Source of the DNA: Macrostomum lignano
Taxonomy: Eukaryota
Direction: 5' to 3'
Assembly (NCBI GenBank): GCA_002269645.1
Contig: NIVC01003841.1
Span: 1-64,000 of the forward strand
DNA length: 64,000 nucleotides
Shown piece by piece: positions 31,640-45,200 of the stretch (positions within the stretch are counted from its first letter, which is position 1; each line of letters starts with the position of its first letter). Under the pieces are notes generated by a model, which searched no databases, was not told where the DNA came from, and saw only the letters and a list, made by a program, of their open reading frames with translations. The translations under genes and the position numbers were made by a program.

Positions 31640-32420
31640 AAGAATGTGAAACATGGGAATGTGAAACATGGGGAATGTGAAACATGGGGAATGTGAAGCA
31701 TGGGGAATGTGAAACATGGGGAATGTGAAGCATGGGGAATGTGAAGCATGGGGAATGTGAAGCCTGGGAATGTGAAGCATGGAGAATGTGAAACATGGGG
31801 AATGTGAAGCATGGAGAATGTGAAGCATGGGGAATGTGAAACATGGGGAATGTGAAGCATGGGGAATGTGAAGCATGGAGAATGTGAAACATGGGGAATG
31901 TGAAGCATAGGGAATGGGAAATATGCGGAATGTGAAACACGGGGAATGTGAAACATAGGGAATGGGAAATATGCGGAATGTGAAACACGGGGAATGTGAA
32001 ACATAGGGAATGGGAAATATGCGGAATGTGAAACACGGGGAATGTGAAACATAGGGAATGGGAAATATGCGGAATGTGAAACACGGGGAATGTGAAACAT
32101 AGGGAATGGGAAATATGCGGAATGTGAAACACGGGGAATGTGAAACATAGGGAATGGGAAATATGCGGAATGTGAAACACGGGGAATGTGAAACATAGGG
32201 AATGGGAAATATGCGGAATGTGAAACACGGGGAATGTGAAACATAGGAAATGGGAAATATGCGGAATGTGAAACACGGGGAATGTGAAACATAGGGAATG
32301 GGAAATATGCGGAATGTGAAACACGGGGAATGTGAAACATAGGGAATGGGAAATATGCGGAATGTGAAACACGGGGAATGTGAAACATAGGGAATGGGAA
32401 ATATGCGGAATGTGAAACAC
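31640..32420. repeat. 16-bp minisatellite grading into a 48-bp higher-order repeat
   Basis: GAATGTGAA(A/G)CATGGG monomers, then GAATGTGAAACACGGG-GAATGTGAAACATAGG-GAATGGGAAATATGCG. Confidence 0.93.
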
Positions 32421-32929
32421 GTGATCCAGTAAGATGTGATCAACAGAAAATGTTTTCGCGCGCTTCAAAACTGGATCTAACCGGAACCTGAGAACAGACT
32501 CGGAGTTCCCACCTTCTAAAAGCCATTTGGGATAAATTTTAATTGAGATTGCGTGAATGAACTGCTAAATCAAAGGAAAATCTTGTAAGCATGGTGGGAG
32601 CGGAGCAGCTTGCTTGACTGTAGCAAAATCCGAAGTCACGAAGAGGAAGCTGAGCATTTCCTGAGTTTGAGCAGGTGTCTGAATTAAGCTGGACATTGCA
32701 AAGATGCTGCATTTAGCCGATATGTAAACTCATTTTTCTAAATTAGTAATTAACTAAAGCTGACCATGTAGATATTTGATCATCATGCAAGGAGTCTGGC
32801 AGTGACGCAGTGATAGGAAAACAGGCTGTTTTAAATTGAGATCCACGACTCTATAAGTGAATTTCAATGCCATGAGGGAGAATGATGGATGGTAAATGAG
32901 GAAAATTATAGAATAAAAGAGCAGGAGAA

Positions 32930-33350
32930 GGAGCGGGGGAGGGGAGAAGAGAGGAGGAAGGGTAGAAAGTGGAGAGGGAGGGATAGATAGGGGAGAGGGA
33001 AGGGTAGAGGGGGAGAGAGAAGGGTAGAGAGTGGAGAGGGAAGGGTAGAGAATGGAAAGGGAAGGGTAGAGAGGGTAGGGAAGGGTAGAGAGGGGAGAGG
33101 GTAAGGTAGGGAAATAGAGGGAAGGGTAGAGAGGGTAGGGAAGGGTAGAGGGGGAGAGGGAAGGGTAGAGGGGGAGAGGGAAGGGTAGAGGGGGAGAGGG
33201 AAGGGTAGAGGGGGAGAGGGAAGGGTAGAGGGGGGGAGGGAAGGGTAGAGGGGGAGAGGGAAGGGTAGAGGGGGAGGGAAGGGTAGAGGGGGGGGGAAGG
33301 GTAGAGGGGGAGAGGGAAGGGTAGAGGGGGAGAGGGAAGGGAAGAGAGAA
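32930..33350. repeat. Purine-rich 21-bp repeat
   Basis: GGGAAGGGTAGAGGGGGAGAG. Confidence 0.88.
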
Positions 33351-34049
33351 GAGTGGAGAGAAGAGCTTGTTAAAGTAGAGGCCGCTGAAAGAGAAGCATG
33401 GATTTGAATACAGGAACAACATACCGCTAAAAACAGCTGGGAAACCCACTGATGCAGTGCATTTGATGCTGGAAAAGAAATCTCGCATAGCAAATAGCAT
33501 TGCAGCATTACACAGGTAGCGCTGAGCGCTGTTCGATAAGCCACCTTTAAAGCAGTGTGCTATGCTGAAATGAGATGGGAGATGGGAGAATATTGGTTCA
33601 TTTAACCAAGAAATCCTGCCTAACTGCAACCGCAATTATGGGATCAGGTGCAAATTAGCCTTCAGATTAAGAAGGAGAAATGCTCCAGATTATAGAGAAC
33701 TTCAAAGATTCTCCATCTTATGAGTTTGACTGACGGCTGCATCAAGTCTGACAATTTTTCCTATCAGGCTGCTCAAGTTTTTTTCACAGTGTCTGAAGTG
33801 AGTGATCGAGACTGAACTACCTGCTGAGTGCTTAGAACTTCCGACAAATTAATGGTTTCTATAACCCCCCCCCCTGCCTTAAATTTCTTTGTATTAAATT
33901 ATATAGTTTCATTTAGATTATACTGTTGCCCTTTGCTAACTAAAATTCGCCCGTTTCTTGCATTTGCGAAGAAAAGCTCAAACTACTCTACTGTTTACTA
34001 GTAGAAAGTCTGGGTGATTCATTTTGTACACAAAAAAGTTTTGATGCTA

Positions 34050-35585
34050 AGAATAGATACTGAGACTGAGAATAGACACTGACACTGAGAATAGACACTG
34101 AGACTGAGAATAGACACTGACACCGAGAATAGACACTGACTCTGAGAATAGATACTGACACTGAGAATAGATACGGACTCTGAGAATAGACACTGACACC
34201 GAGAATAGACACTGACTCTGAGAATAGACACTGACACCGAGAATAGACACTGACTCTGAGAATAGATACTGACACTGAGAATAGATACTGACACTGAGAA
34301 TAGACACTGACACTGAGAAAAGACACTGAGACTGAGAATAGACACTGACACCGAGAATAGACACTGACACTGAGAATAGACACTGACACCGAGAATAGAC
34401 ACTGACATTGAGAATAGACACTGACACCGAGAATAGACACTGACACTGAGAATAGATACTGACACAGAGAATAGATACTGACACTGAGAATAGATACTGA
34501 CACAGAGAATAGATACTGACACCGAGAATAGATACTGACACTGAGAATAGACACTGACACTGAGAATAGATACTAACACTGAGAATAGACACTGACATTG
34601 AGAATAGACACTGACACCGAGAATAGACACTGACACTGAGAATAGACACTGACACTGAGAATAGACACTGACACCGAGAATAGACACTGACACTGAGAAT
34701 AGACACTGACACTGAGAATAGATACTGACACAGAGAATAGATACTGACACTGAGAATAGATACTGACACAGAGAATAGATACTGACACCGAGAATAGATA
34801 CTGACACTGAGAATAGACACTGAGACTGAGAATAGATACTGACACTGAGAATAGATACTGACACTGAGAATAGATACTGACACTGAGAATAGATACTGAC
34901 ACTGAGAATAGACACTGACTCTGAGAATAGATACTGACACTGAGAATAGATACGGACTCTGAGAATAGACACTGACACTGAGAATAGATACTGACACTGA
35001 GAATAGATACTGACACTGAGAATAGATACGGACTCTGAGAATAGACACTGACACTGAGAATAGATACTGACACTGAGAATAGACACTGACACTGAGAATA
35101 GATACTGACTCTGAGAATAGATACTGACACTGAGAATAGATACTGACACTGAGAATAGATACTGACACTGAGAATAGACACTGACACCGAGAATAGACAC
35201 TGACACTGAGAATAGACACTGACAATGAGAATAGATACTGACACTGAGAATATACACTGACACTGAGAATAGACACTGAGAATAGATACTGACGCTGAGA
35301 ATAGATACTGATGACACTGAGAATAGATACTGACACTGAAAATAGATACTGATGACACTGAGAATAGACACTGACACTGAGAATAGATACTGACTCTCAG
35401 AATAGATACTGACACTGAGAATGTATATTGAAACTGAGAATAGATACTGACACTGAGAATAGACACTGACACTGAGAATAGATACTGACTCTCAGAATAG
35501 ATACTGACACTGAGAATGTATATTGAAACTGAGAATAGATACTGACACTGAGAATAGACACTGACACTAAGAATAGACACTAGAA
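34050..35585. repeat. 19-bp minisatellite
   Basis: GAGAATAGA(T/C)ACTGACACT. Confidence 0.95.
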
Positions 35586-36355
35586 TAGTGATAGGAGCCT
35601 CGTACGTGAGAAGCCAGGGTCAGCATGCGATCTCGGAGGTTGGGCGGGGATTCCGGGAACCTTTCCTCCCACCCCGTCATGAGTACAACCTCCTTGAGCA
35701 TAGATTTTGAGACCCAAATCTCGTTGCAGATTTACATCAGGATATGAATCTCGGGCGGCCGAAAATTCTCTGCGTCCCGGACGTTTGAGTGATGCGATTA
35801 GGATGGAAACAGACGATGTCATCGGGGAGGATATCGAATTCCAGCTTCACAGTGCCATTTGGGTACAGAAGCAGGAAAAGTGACAGATATGGGCGAAATC
35901 TATGGGCACGCAATCACTGGGGGATTTCGGCTGCACTGCAGTGGAATGCAACTCGATCCCCAGCTGCTGCAGCACTTGCTGCTGATGGCTGGGATAAAGC
36001 TGAGACTGCTTCTGCTCGTCGAGAATAAATTGCTCTTGAGTCGACGCGAATAACTAGTGCTGAGTCTAGAAAGAGCAACGACAGCAGAAGAAGCAACAGT
36101 AAAAAGCAGCAGCAACAGCAACAGCAACAACTAAAGCAACAACAAAAGCAACAGCAACAGCAAAGCAACAGCAACAGCAAAAGTAACAGCAACAGCAAAA
36201 GCAACAGCAACAGCAAAAGTAACAGAAACAGCAACAGCAACAGCAACAGCAAAAACAAAAGCAACAGCAAAAGCAACAGAAACAGCAAAGGCATAAGTAA
36301 AAGCAGCAAAAGCAACAGCAAAAGCAAAAATTAAAGCAGCAGCAAACTCGGAGCC

Positions 36356-39300
36356 ATGAACGCGCCGCCTTTAGTCTGTCAGAATCCGAGCTTCAGCAGC
36401 CAGCTGAGCATCCCAACGCCGCCGCCGGTGGCTCCGCCAGCGACGCCGATGCGCTGCCAGTGCGACTGCAACTGTGGATCGTCCTGGCTTCAGGACGGTG
36501 AGAAATTCGGGTTTTATAATTTTTGGTTGCTTTTTCTTCAACAATTTTAGCTGCTAAATGTTTTTTCTACTATAAGTAGCTGAGAAAAACTCTAGATATT
36601 TATTATATTCGCAGGCAATGGCGATTGCGGCAACAGCAATGGCAGGCGAACTCGCACACGTGCGCAGAACTACCATACGATGCACTTCGAAGACGTCGAA
36701 GTCGATGGACGACGCGGCTGCTGCTTTGGGCGCCGTCTGCGCCGGCGAAGTCGCCGACAGCAACAGGCCGAGTCCAGCGTCAGGGAGCCATCGAGGCCGG
36801 GCGGCGAACGGCGACAGTCTCGGCTGGGCGGGGCCTGCACCATTCTAGGGCTGGTGGCCGATGTCTGCCTGTTGATGGTCGTGGTGATGACCGCCTATTT
36901 GCTGAGGTCGGTTCTTGGGTTATGGGAGGCTCTGTGTACATTTGGAGACGAGATTTTTCATTCTATGTACATTGGGAGACGAGATTTTTCATTCTATGTA
37001 CATTGGGAGACGAGATTTTTCATTCAATGTACATTGGGAGACGAGATTTTTTATTCAATGTACATTGGGACACGAGATTTTTCATTCAATGTACATTGGG
37101 AGACGAGATTTTTCATTCAATGTACATTGGGAGACGAGATTTTTCATTCTATGTACATTGGGAGACGAGATTTTTCATCCTATGTACATTGGGAGACGAG
37201 ATTTTTCATTCTGTGTAGATTTGGGGACGAGATTTTTTATGTAGTGTACATTAGGGGGAGATATTTTTCACTCAGTGCACATGGGGGTTTATATTTATTG
37301 TACTTTAATAAACTACTTTGAGCACTGAGCCTTATCAGAAAGCCTATCCGGATATTTCAGATGCTCGCAGACGACTCAATTCTACGGTTTCCCGTCATCA
37401 ATGTTTCCAAAAATCTGCAGCGATCTGTAAAATTGAACTGATTATTTAAATTAATGCAAAAACATAAGAGAATCGATGAAGGACTCTTAACAGAATAATT
37501 CGAAAAAACCACCCACAGCTGGTCAAGAATCATCCCGGTTCGGAGGCCCGATATTTCTGGCTGGCAGTTTTCTCTGGCGAATTCAACCGGCGATTCTCAA
37601 CGGAGAAGCCGGCAGCAAATGGCGGAATTCCCGCTGTCCGGCCGGGTCTCAGAGGAGCTGCTCTACTGTCTGACACTGGCTGTTCCCGTGCTTATAGTCA
37701 GTTTTTCAGCAATATTTCTACTATGCATTTTCTAAGTATCCTACTGTTAGTAGGCAAGTTTCGCATTTTTGTCTCTTTTTATATCTGACTGCGCAGATTG
37801 CAGTCTGCGAATTGTCGCTGATTTGCCTGTACCGGAAGGAGCGGCCGGCCCGGCTGAACCCGCTCTGCCCGTCTGTGCGACTGCCCAGGGCGCCGCGAAG
37901 GCTGTACAGAATCATTGGTGAGAGACAATCAAAGCATCTTCATCGATGCTCTGTTTTTTCGAAGACATAGCGCTTCACAGGTTTGAAAATTGTACAATAC
38001 AAGCGTACTTGGAGCTGGCGGAGCCACCGGCTCGGCTTAGGGATGCTCAGATTCTGAGAATAAAGGCGACAGAATTCATGGCTCTGAATTTGACGCTGCT
38101 CTCCCTGTTATATCTTCTTCTATTGCTTTTGCTTTTGCTGTTGGTTTTGCTGTTTCTATTACAGTTGCTTTTGCTGTTTCTTTTGGTTTTGCTGTTGCTT
38201 TTGCTGTTAGTTTGCTGCTGCTGGTGCTTTTGCTGTTGCTTTTACTGTTGCTTTTGCTGTTGCTTTTGCTCTTACTTTTGTTGTTTCTTTTGCTGTTTCT
38301 GTTGCTTTTGCTGTTGATTTTGCTGTTCAACTTGACATGAACAGTTTTAATCTCGTTGACGCAGTTTAGCATTTTTTCATTGAATCATGCAACTCTCGAT
38401 CAACTATTTTCAGTAAACTTTGCGTTCTGCTACTTCCTGCTCATGCTCATCACGGATGTGCTCAAAGCGTACTTTGGTCATCCCAGGCCTCAGTTCTTGG
38501 CCGTCTGCCAGCCTCCTCAGACTGCTCATAGTGATATTGCTGATGTGCTGGGCGGGTGTGCGGAGAAGCGACTTCACGTGCTCAAGGATCTCAGGTAAGC
38601 TGCAGGGATCTCAGGTAAGCTGCAGGGATCTCAGGTTAGCTGCTGGGATCTCAGGTTAGCTGCTGGGATCTCAGGTTAGCTGCTGGGATCTCAGGTTAGC
38701 TGCTGGGATCTCAGGTTAGCTGCTGGGATCTCAGGTTAGCTGCTGGGATCTCAGGTTAGCTGCTGGGATCTCAGGTTAGCTGCTGGGATCTCAGGTTAGC
38801 TGCTGGGATCTCAGGTTAGCTGCTGGGATCTCAGGTTAGCTGCTGGGATCTCAGCAGCATCAGAATTTCTGCGTTATTTTCAGAACGTCATTTCCATCCG
38901 TGCTGTCGTGTCTGATTGCGTATTCGACAACTTTTCTGATTGTAAGTCGGGGTTTTAACTACACATTTTTGGCTATGTAATGTAGCTCGGATATAGCTTG
39001 GAATTATTTGTACCTAAAGCCTGCATTCCTGAGCCCTTCAATCTTCTCTGAAGCTCACAGCCTGCAAATTCCTGAGCCCTTCAACCTTCTCTGAAGCTCA
39101 CAGCCTGCAAATTCCTGAGCCCTTCAACCTTCTCTGAAGCTCACAGCCTGCATTCCTGAGCCCTTCAACCTTCTCTGAAGCTCACAGCCTGCATTCCTGA
39201 GCCCTTCAATCTTCTCTGAAGCTCACAGCCTGCATTCCTGAACCCTTTATCCCTCACTGAAGCTTAGAGCCTCAACCACCCCCGAACTCTTCTTCCCTCT

Positions 39301-41925
39301 CTGAAGCTCAGAGCCTCAACCACCTGAACCCTTCCACCCTCAGCTGTACCTGAACTCCCTGGCCAGCTTGCACGGCGGGAAGCACGCGGCTCTGCCGTTA
39401 CTGACGGGGCTTTTGGCTCTCGCCGGAGCTCTCGGCAGCTCCGACAGGGTGACCACCGGTAGGGCCAGGGCGGTCGACTCGGCTACTGGCGCAGTCATTG
39501 GCGTCATCAGCGCCGTCTATCTGGTGAGTGAGCATTGCTGAGGATCTGGGATTTTAAAATTAGGGATTCAAGTGAGATTTTAGAATTGGGGATCTGAGTG
39601 GGATTTTAGAATTGGGGATCTGAGTGGGATTTTAAAACTGGGGACTGAGTGGGATGTTAGAATTGGGGATCTGAGTGGGATGTTAGAATTGGGGATCTGA
39701 GTGGGATGTTAGAATTGGGGATCTGAGTGGGATTTTAGAATTGGGGATCTGAGTGGGATTTTAAAACTGGGGACTGAGTGGGATGTTAGAATTGGGGATT
39801 TGAGTGGGATTTTAGAATTGGGGATTTGAGTGGGATTTTAGAATTAGGATTTGAGTGGGATTTTAGAATTGGGGATTTGAGTGGGATTTTAGAATTGGGG
39901 ATTTGAGTGGTATTTTAGAATTGGGGATTTGGGTGGGATTTTAGAATTGGGGATTTAAGTGGGATTTTAGAATTAGGATTTGAGTGGGATTTTAGAATTG
40001 GGGATTTGAGTAGGATTTCAGAATTGGGGATTTAAGTGGGATTTTAGAATTAGGATTTGAGTGGGATTTTAGAATTAGGATTTGAGTGGGATTTTAGAAT
40101 TGGGGATTTGAGTAGGATTTCAGAATTGGGGATTTGGGTGGGATTTTAGAATTGGGGATTTAAGTGGGATTTTAGAATTAGGATTTGAGTGGGATTTGAA
40201 ACCTGGTAGAAGAGGCTGGTACTCTGTCGCTACTCCTGCAACCTAATCTCACAAAAAAGGTGCAGGCGGTTCACGGCGGCCTGTCACCTCGCGGCTCCAA
40301 CAGCCGCAACAGACGCTTGCTGGCTCGGGGCCTTCTGCTACTAATAGAAGGCGGCCGCGGTGGCGGGGGCGGCTGCCATGGCACTGACGAGGCTGCAGAG
40401 GTGAGACAGCGGAGCCAGAAGCAGAAATCTGCAACGCTAGGGAGACCCCAGGTGGTTGCTAAGACAAGTATAGCCAGTAGCTAGGTGTATTACTCTGACA
40501 ATATGTAGTGTAAATCATTATATACACCAATGCTAAAAAGAGAGGGAAGAAAAAAGGGGAAAAGAAGGAATATCTAAGAAAATAGATAGGAGAAGAGAGA
40601 GAGGAGAGAAGAGAGGAGAGATAAGAAGAGAGAGGAGAGAGGAAAGAGGAGAGAGGAGAGAGAAGAGGAGAGAGGAGAGAGGAGAGAGGAGAGGAGAGAG
40701 AAGAGGAGAGAGGAGAGAGAAGAGGAGAGAGGAGAGGAGAGAGGAGAGAGGAGAAGAGAGAGAAGAGGACAGAGTAGAGAGAAGAGGAGAGAGGAGAGGA
40801 GAGAGGAGAGGAGAGGAGAGAGAAGAGGAGAGAGGAGAGAGGAGAGGAGAGAGAAGAGGAGAGAGGAGAGAGGAGAGGAGAGAGAAGAGGAGAGAGGAGA
40901 GAGGAGAGGAGAGAGGAGAGGAGAGAGGAGAGAGGAGAAGAGAGAGAAGAGGACAGAGTAGAGAGAAGAGGAGAGAGGAGAGGAGAGAGGAGAGGAGAGG
41001 AGAGAGAAGAGGAGAGAGGAGAGAGGAGAGGAGAGAGGAGAGAGAAGAGGAGAGAGGAGAGAGGAGAGGAGAGAGAAGAGGAGAGAGGAGAGAGGAGAGT
41101 AGAGAGAAGAGAAGAGAGTAGAAGGAAGAGAGGAGAGAAGAGAGGAGAGCGAAGAGAGGAGAGAGAAAACAGGAGAGAGGAGAGTGGAGGGAGGAGAGAG
41201 GCAGGAGAGAGGAGAGTGGAGGGAGGAGAGAGGCAGGAGAGAGGAGAGCGAAGAGAGGAGAGAGATGAAAGGAGAGGAGAGAGGAGAGAGGAGAGAGAAG
41301 AGAGGAGAGAAGAGAAGAGAGGAGAGAAGAGAGGAGAGAGAAGAGAGGAGAGAGAATAGAGACAGGAGAGAGGGGAGACAGTCAGTGAGTTACAACGCTG
41401 CGCATGGAGAGCAGAGGGGGCAAATAAGGCGGTCCAGGGGCTCCAGCGAACCAGTGCTGCAGTCACCTGACACCAATCAGTCTGCTACTTGTGCTGCATT
41501 TTTCTATTAAAAAATCCACCCTTCCAGGCACTGCTGTCTCAGCAGCCAAGACGCTACTATATTGAGTAGCCCCAATAACAAAATTAATATCTAATAGCTC
41601 CACATTTTATTATATTTTATGCGCTTAGCTAAACTTTACTATAGACTGCCGTCTTGCTTCTGTAGAGAGTTTATTTTTTCTGATACCAGCTTTGATCGAT
41701 AGACGATATTTAAACATGCTTTAAAACTTCTACATGCGATGCATTACGCCCGCGAAATTGCAGTCACCTCTGCCGCCAGCAATCATTGTGACGGATGATG
41801 GACCCACTGGCACTGGGGCTGTCAGCTGTGCATCGAGAGCTGCTGATTGCATCGGCCAGCGACGCCCGTGCCTGCCAGCTGGCAGCGGACTCCGAACTGC
41901 CGAGATTGCGGAGCACAGATTCTGA
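36356..41925 (+). CDS. PAP2-family phospholipid phosphatase-related protein (PLPPR-like), probably catalytically inactive
   Basis: Phase-consistent GT-AG exons 36356-36497, 36615-36906, 37519-37696, 37797-37917, 38414-38594, 38884-38941, 39344-39523 (384 codons open); tentative 40260-40400 and 41764-41925. C1 KAYFGHPRP, C2 SFPSVL, C3 DRVTTGRARAVD, six hydrophobic segments. Confidence 0.8.
36930..37230. repeat. 31-bp intronic minisatellite
   Basis: TGTACATTGGGAGACGAGATTTTTCATTCTA. Confidence 0.92.
38585..38854. repeat. 20-bp minisatellite overlapping a splice donor
   Basis: GGGATCTCAGGT(A/T)AGCTGC(A/T). Confidence 0.94.
39020..39340. repeat. About 41-bp intronic minisatellite
   Basis: CCTGCATTCCTGAGCCCTTCAATCTTCTCTGAAGCTCACAG. 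Confidence 0.9.
39545..40200. repeat. 25/26-bp intronic minisatellite
   Basis: GGGATTTTAGAATTGGGGATTTGAGT. Confidence 0.92.
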
Positions 41926-42630
41926 GTTCTGGGATTAGCTGACCCACGGGGAGATATGAGATAAAAAGGGGAAGGAGACGGGGAGAGAGGAGAGGGAGGG
42001 AAAAGAGAAGGGTGAAAAGGGGAAGAGAGGAGAGTAGAGTAGAGAAGAGAAGAGAGGAGAGTATAGTAGAGTAGAGTAGAGGAGAGGAGAGTAGAGTAGA
42101 GGAGAGGAGAGGAGAGGAGAGGAGAGGAGAGGAGAAGAGAGGAGAGGAGAGGAGAGGAGAGGAGAGGAGAGGAGAGGAGAGGAGAGGAGAGGAGAGGAGA
42201 GGAGAGGAGAGGAGAGGAGAGGAGAGGAGAGGAGAGGAGAGGAGAGGAGAGGAGAGGAGAGGAGAGGAGAGGAGAGAGGAGAGGAGAGGAGAGGAGAGGA
42301 GAGGAGAGGAGAGGAGAGGAGAGGAGAGGAGAGGAGAGGAGAGAGAAGAGGAGAAGAGAGAAGAGAAGAAAAGAGAGAAGTGAAAAGAGAATATAGAAGA
42401 GAGGAGAGGAAAAGAGAGGAGAGAAGAAGAGAGGAGAGGAGAGGAGAGGTGAGGAGAGAAGAGAAGAGAGGAGAAGAGAGGAGAAGAGAAGAGAGGTGAG
42501 GATAGGATAGGAGAGGAGAGGAGAGTCGAGGAGAGGAGAGGAGAGGAGAGGAGAAGAGAAGAGAGGTGAGGATAGGAGAGGAGAGGAGAGGAGAGGAGAG
42601 GAGAGGAGAGAAGAGGGGAGGAGAGGAGAG
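40570..42630. repeat. Two GA-rich (GAGAG)n-type tracts (40570-41370, 41975-42630)
   Basis: Polypurine low complexity. Confidence 0.9.
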
Positions 42631-43440
42631 CACAGAGCGCTTTGACACAATAAATAGACGAGTCACACGGGTCCCAAAGCCGCGTGGCGCAGTACTGCAA
42701 TGACACGCAGCAGAATTCGTGTGAAATCGATACAGTAATTAGGAGAGAGGAAGAAATTCTAAGATGGCGAGGAAACCAAGACGAAATGAAGAATGCTGAC
42801 GTCACTGCACTTTTGTCAATTTGTAATTGCGAAAAAGGACAAACCAGTAACAACTCATCAAGCGTAGCTACAGGGAATTCAGGCTTTCTCATCGATGTAC
42901 TTTACATAATTATCTTACAGTTAATCTACCTTTGGTCGTAATATAAATAATACCTGATGCAAATTTAACTCATGCAAATAATCGGTAATTTTACAGAATT
43001 TATAGTCGTATTTTTCCTACCCCAATAGACTACTGATGTCTGCAAATTCTATTTTTTGAATCGATTATTTTTCTCAAATAAAAAGCGTATCATTCTACTC
43101 TGTAGAGAAGTCAGTAGCCTGTCTAGCGCGCATTCACTAATAACTAGTCGTCTAAAAATGTTTTATTTACAAAAATTATTTCATGCTATACAGATTTTGC
43201 GTGTGGGGTCTGTGGGGCAACAACATCTGAACGTCTGGGCAGGGGATCATAAATTGTGGGAGTTCTGGGCGAACAGGAGAAGAGAGGTAATCTATCCGCG
43301 AAAAATATTCGCTGCATCCCCTGGGCAGCGAGCTCGGGATGACGGAGTGGCATGGAGGGTTGCGCAATCACGCCGATTCTTCCAAGATAGCGGGCGCCCC
43401 ACTGGGCTGCCAGGCTGCGACCCGATTTGATGTACGAGCG

Positions 43441-44190
<750 letters not shown>

Positions 44191-44885
44191 TCGTCGGTTG
44201 GTCATTACCCCATACCCAGCCATAACTCTCTCTCAGTTACTTTTGTCATCAGTAATCACATCACGTTACAAATTTTGCAGTCCTATAACTGGCCCTTAAA
44301 AATTTCTATCTACATGGCGTTTGATTGCCATTTAACCAGGTGAAAGAAGACCTATGCGAGCACACGGACGCTCGCTCTGCAAGCACTCTCAGACTTGGCT
44401 CTGCGCTCGCGCGCCGTTCTAGTTAACCTGACCAATAGCTACGACCGGCAGGATGTCATGCCAGAGCTAGTTGAGTTGGCCAAATTTGCTAAGCATCACG
44501 TGCCCGAGGAACATCCGAAAGATGGCCACGACTGGATTGAGGGACGAATTAACAAACTGGTGAAAGCCGGAATGCGGCCAGCCCTGGCTCAGCTGGCCTC
44601 CGTTTCTGACAAGGCTCTACAGGTGAAGAATAAATAGAAAGCTTAATATCAACGATTAATATGTTGATATTAAGCTTTCTATTTATTCTTCTCGCCAAGC
44701 GAGCGACTCTACCAGCACTCTACAGGTGAGTCACCGTTTTTTTTCTAGTTAGAAAACAAAAATAAAATTACCCCGTAGAGGAAGTTGGAAGCAATGCACA
44801 TTGGGAAGCACAGTACATCAACATAAGGCCCTACAAATAAAGACATAATGACGATTTGATGTCTTTAGACCTGTCTTATGGTACA

Positions 44886-45200
44886 TATTGCTGAATGCTT
44901 GGTTAGAGCGTCTGACTCACGACTTGAAGGTCGGGGGTTCGATTCCCGATACCGCTGATACAATTTGTGTCCTTTAGCGAGACACTTAACTCTACATTGC
45001 TTCAGTTCACCCAGCTGTAAAATGGGTGCCAGCATAAGCTGGGGTAATTGAAGGTGGGTGTGGCGTCCCCCAGTCCATGGACTGAACAGCCGTACGCAGT
45101 CTTCAGAAGTGCCGCGCAATAGCTGCGGCTGTGTTGTCGGTTGCACATCTGGCCCAATTGGGACAGGTGTAATCAATTATTAATTAATTAATTAATTAAT
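44886..45200 (+). mobile_element. tRNA-derived SINE with CORE-like central domain
   Basis: A box TGGTTAGAGCG, B box GGTTCGATTCC, TGTGTCC..GACACTTAAC..CAGTTCACCCAGCTGTAAAATGGG, (TTAA)n tail; second copy at 46281. Confidence 0.75.

Noticed and set aside
37361-37426. Possible 66-nt in-frame cassette exon in the PLPPR-like gene
   Set aside because: Phase compatible but weak donor (CT|GTAAAA) and the model is complete without it; needs RNA evidence.
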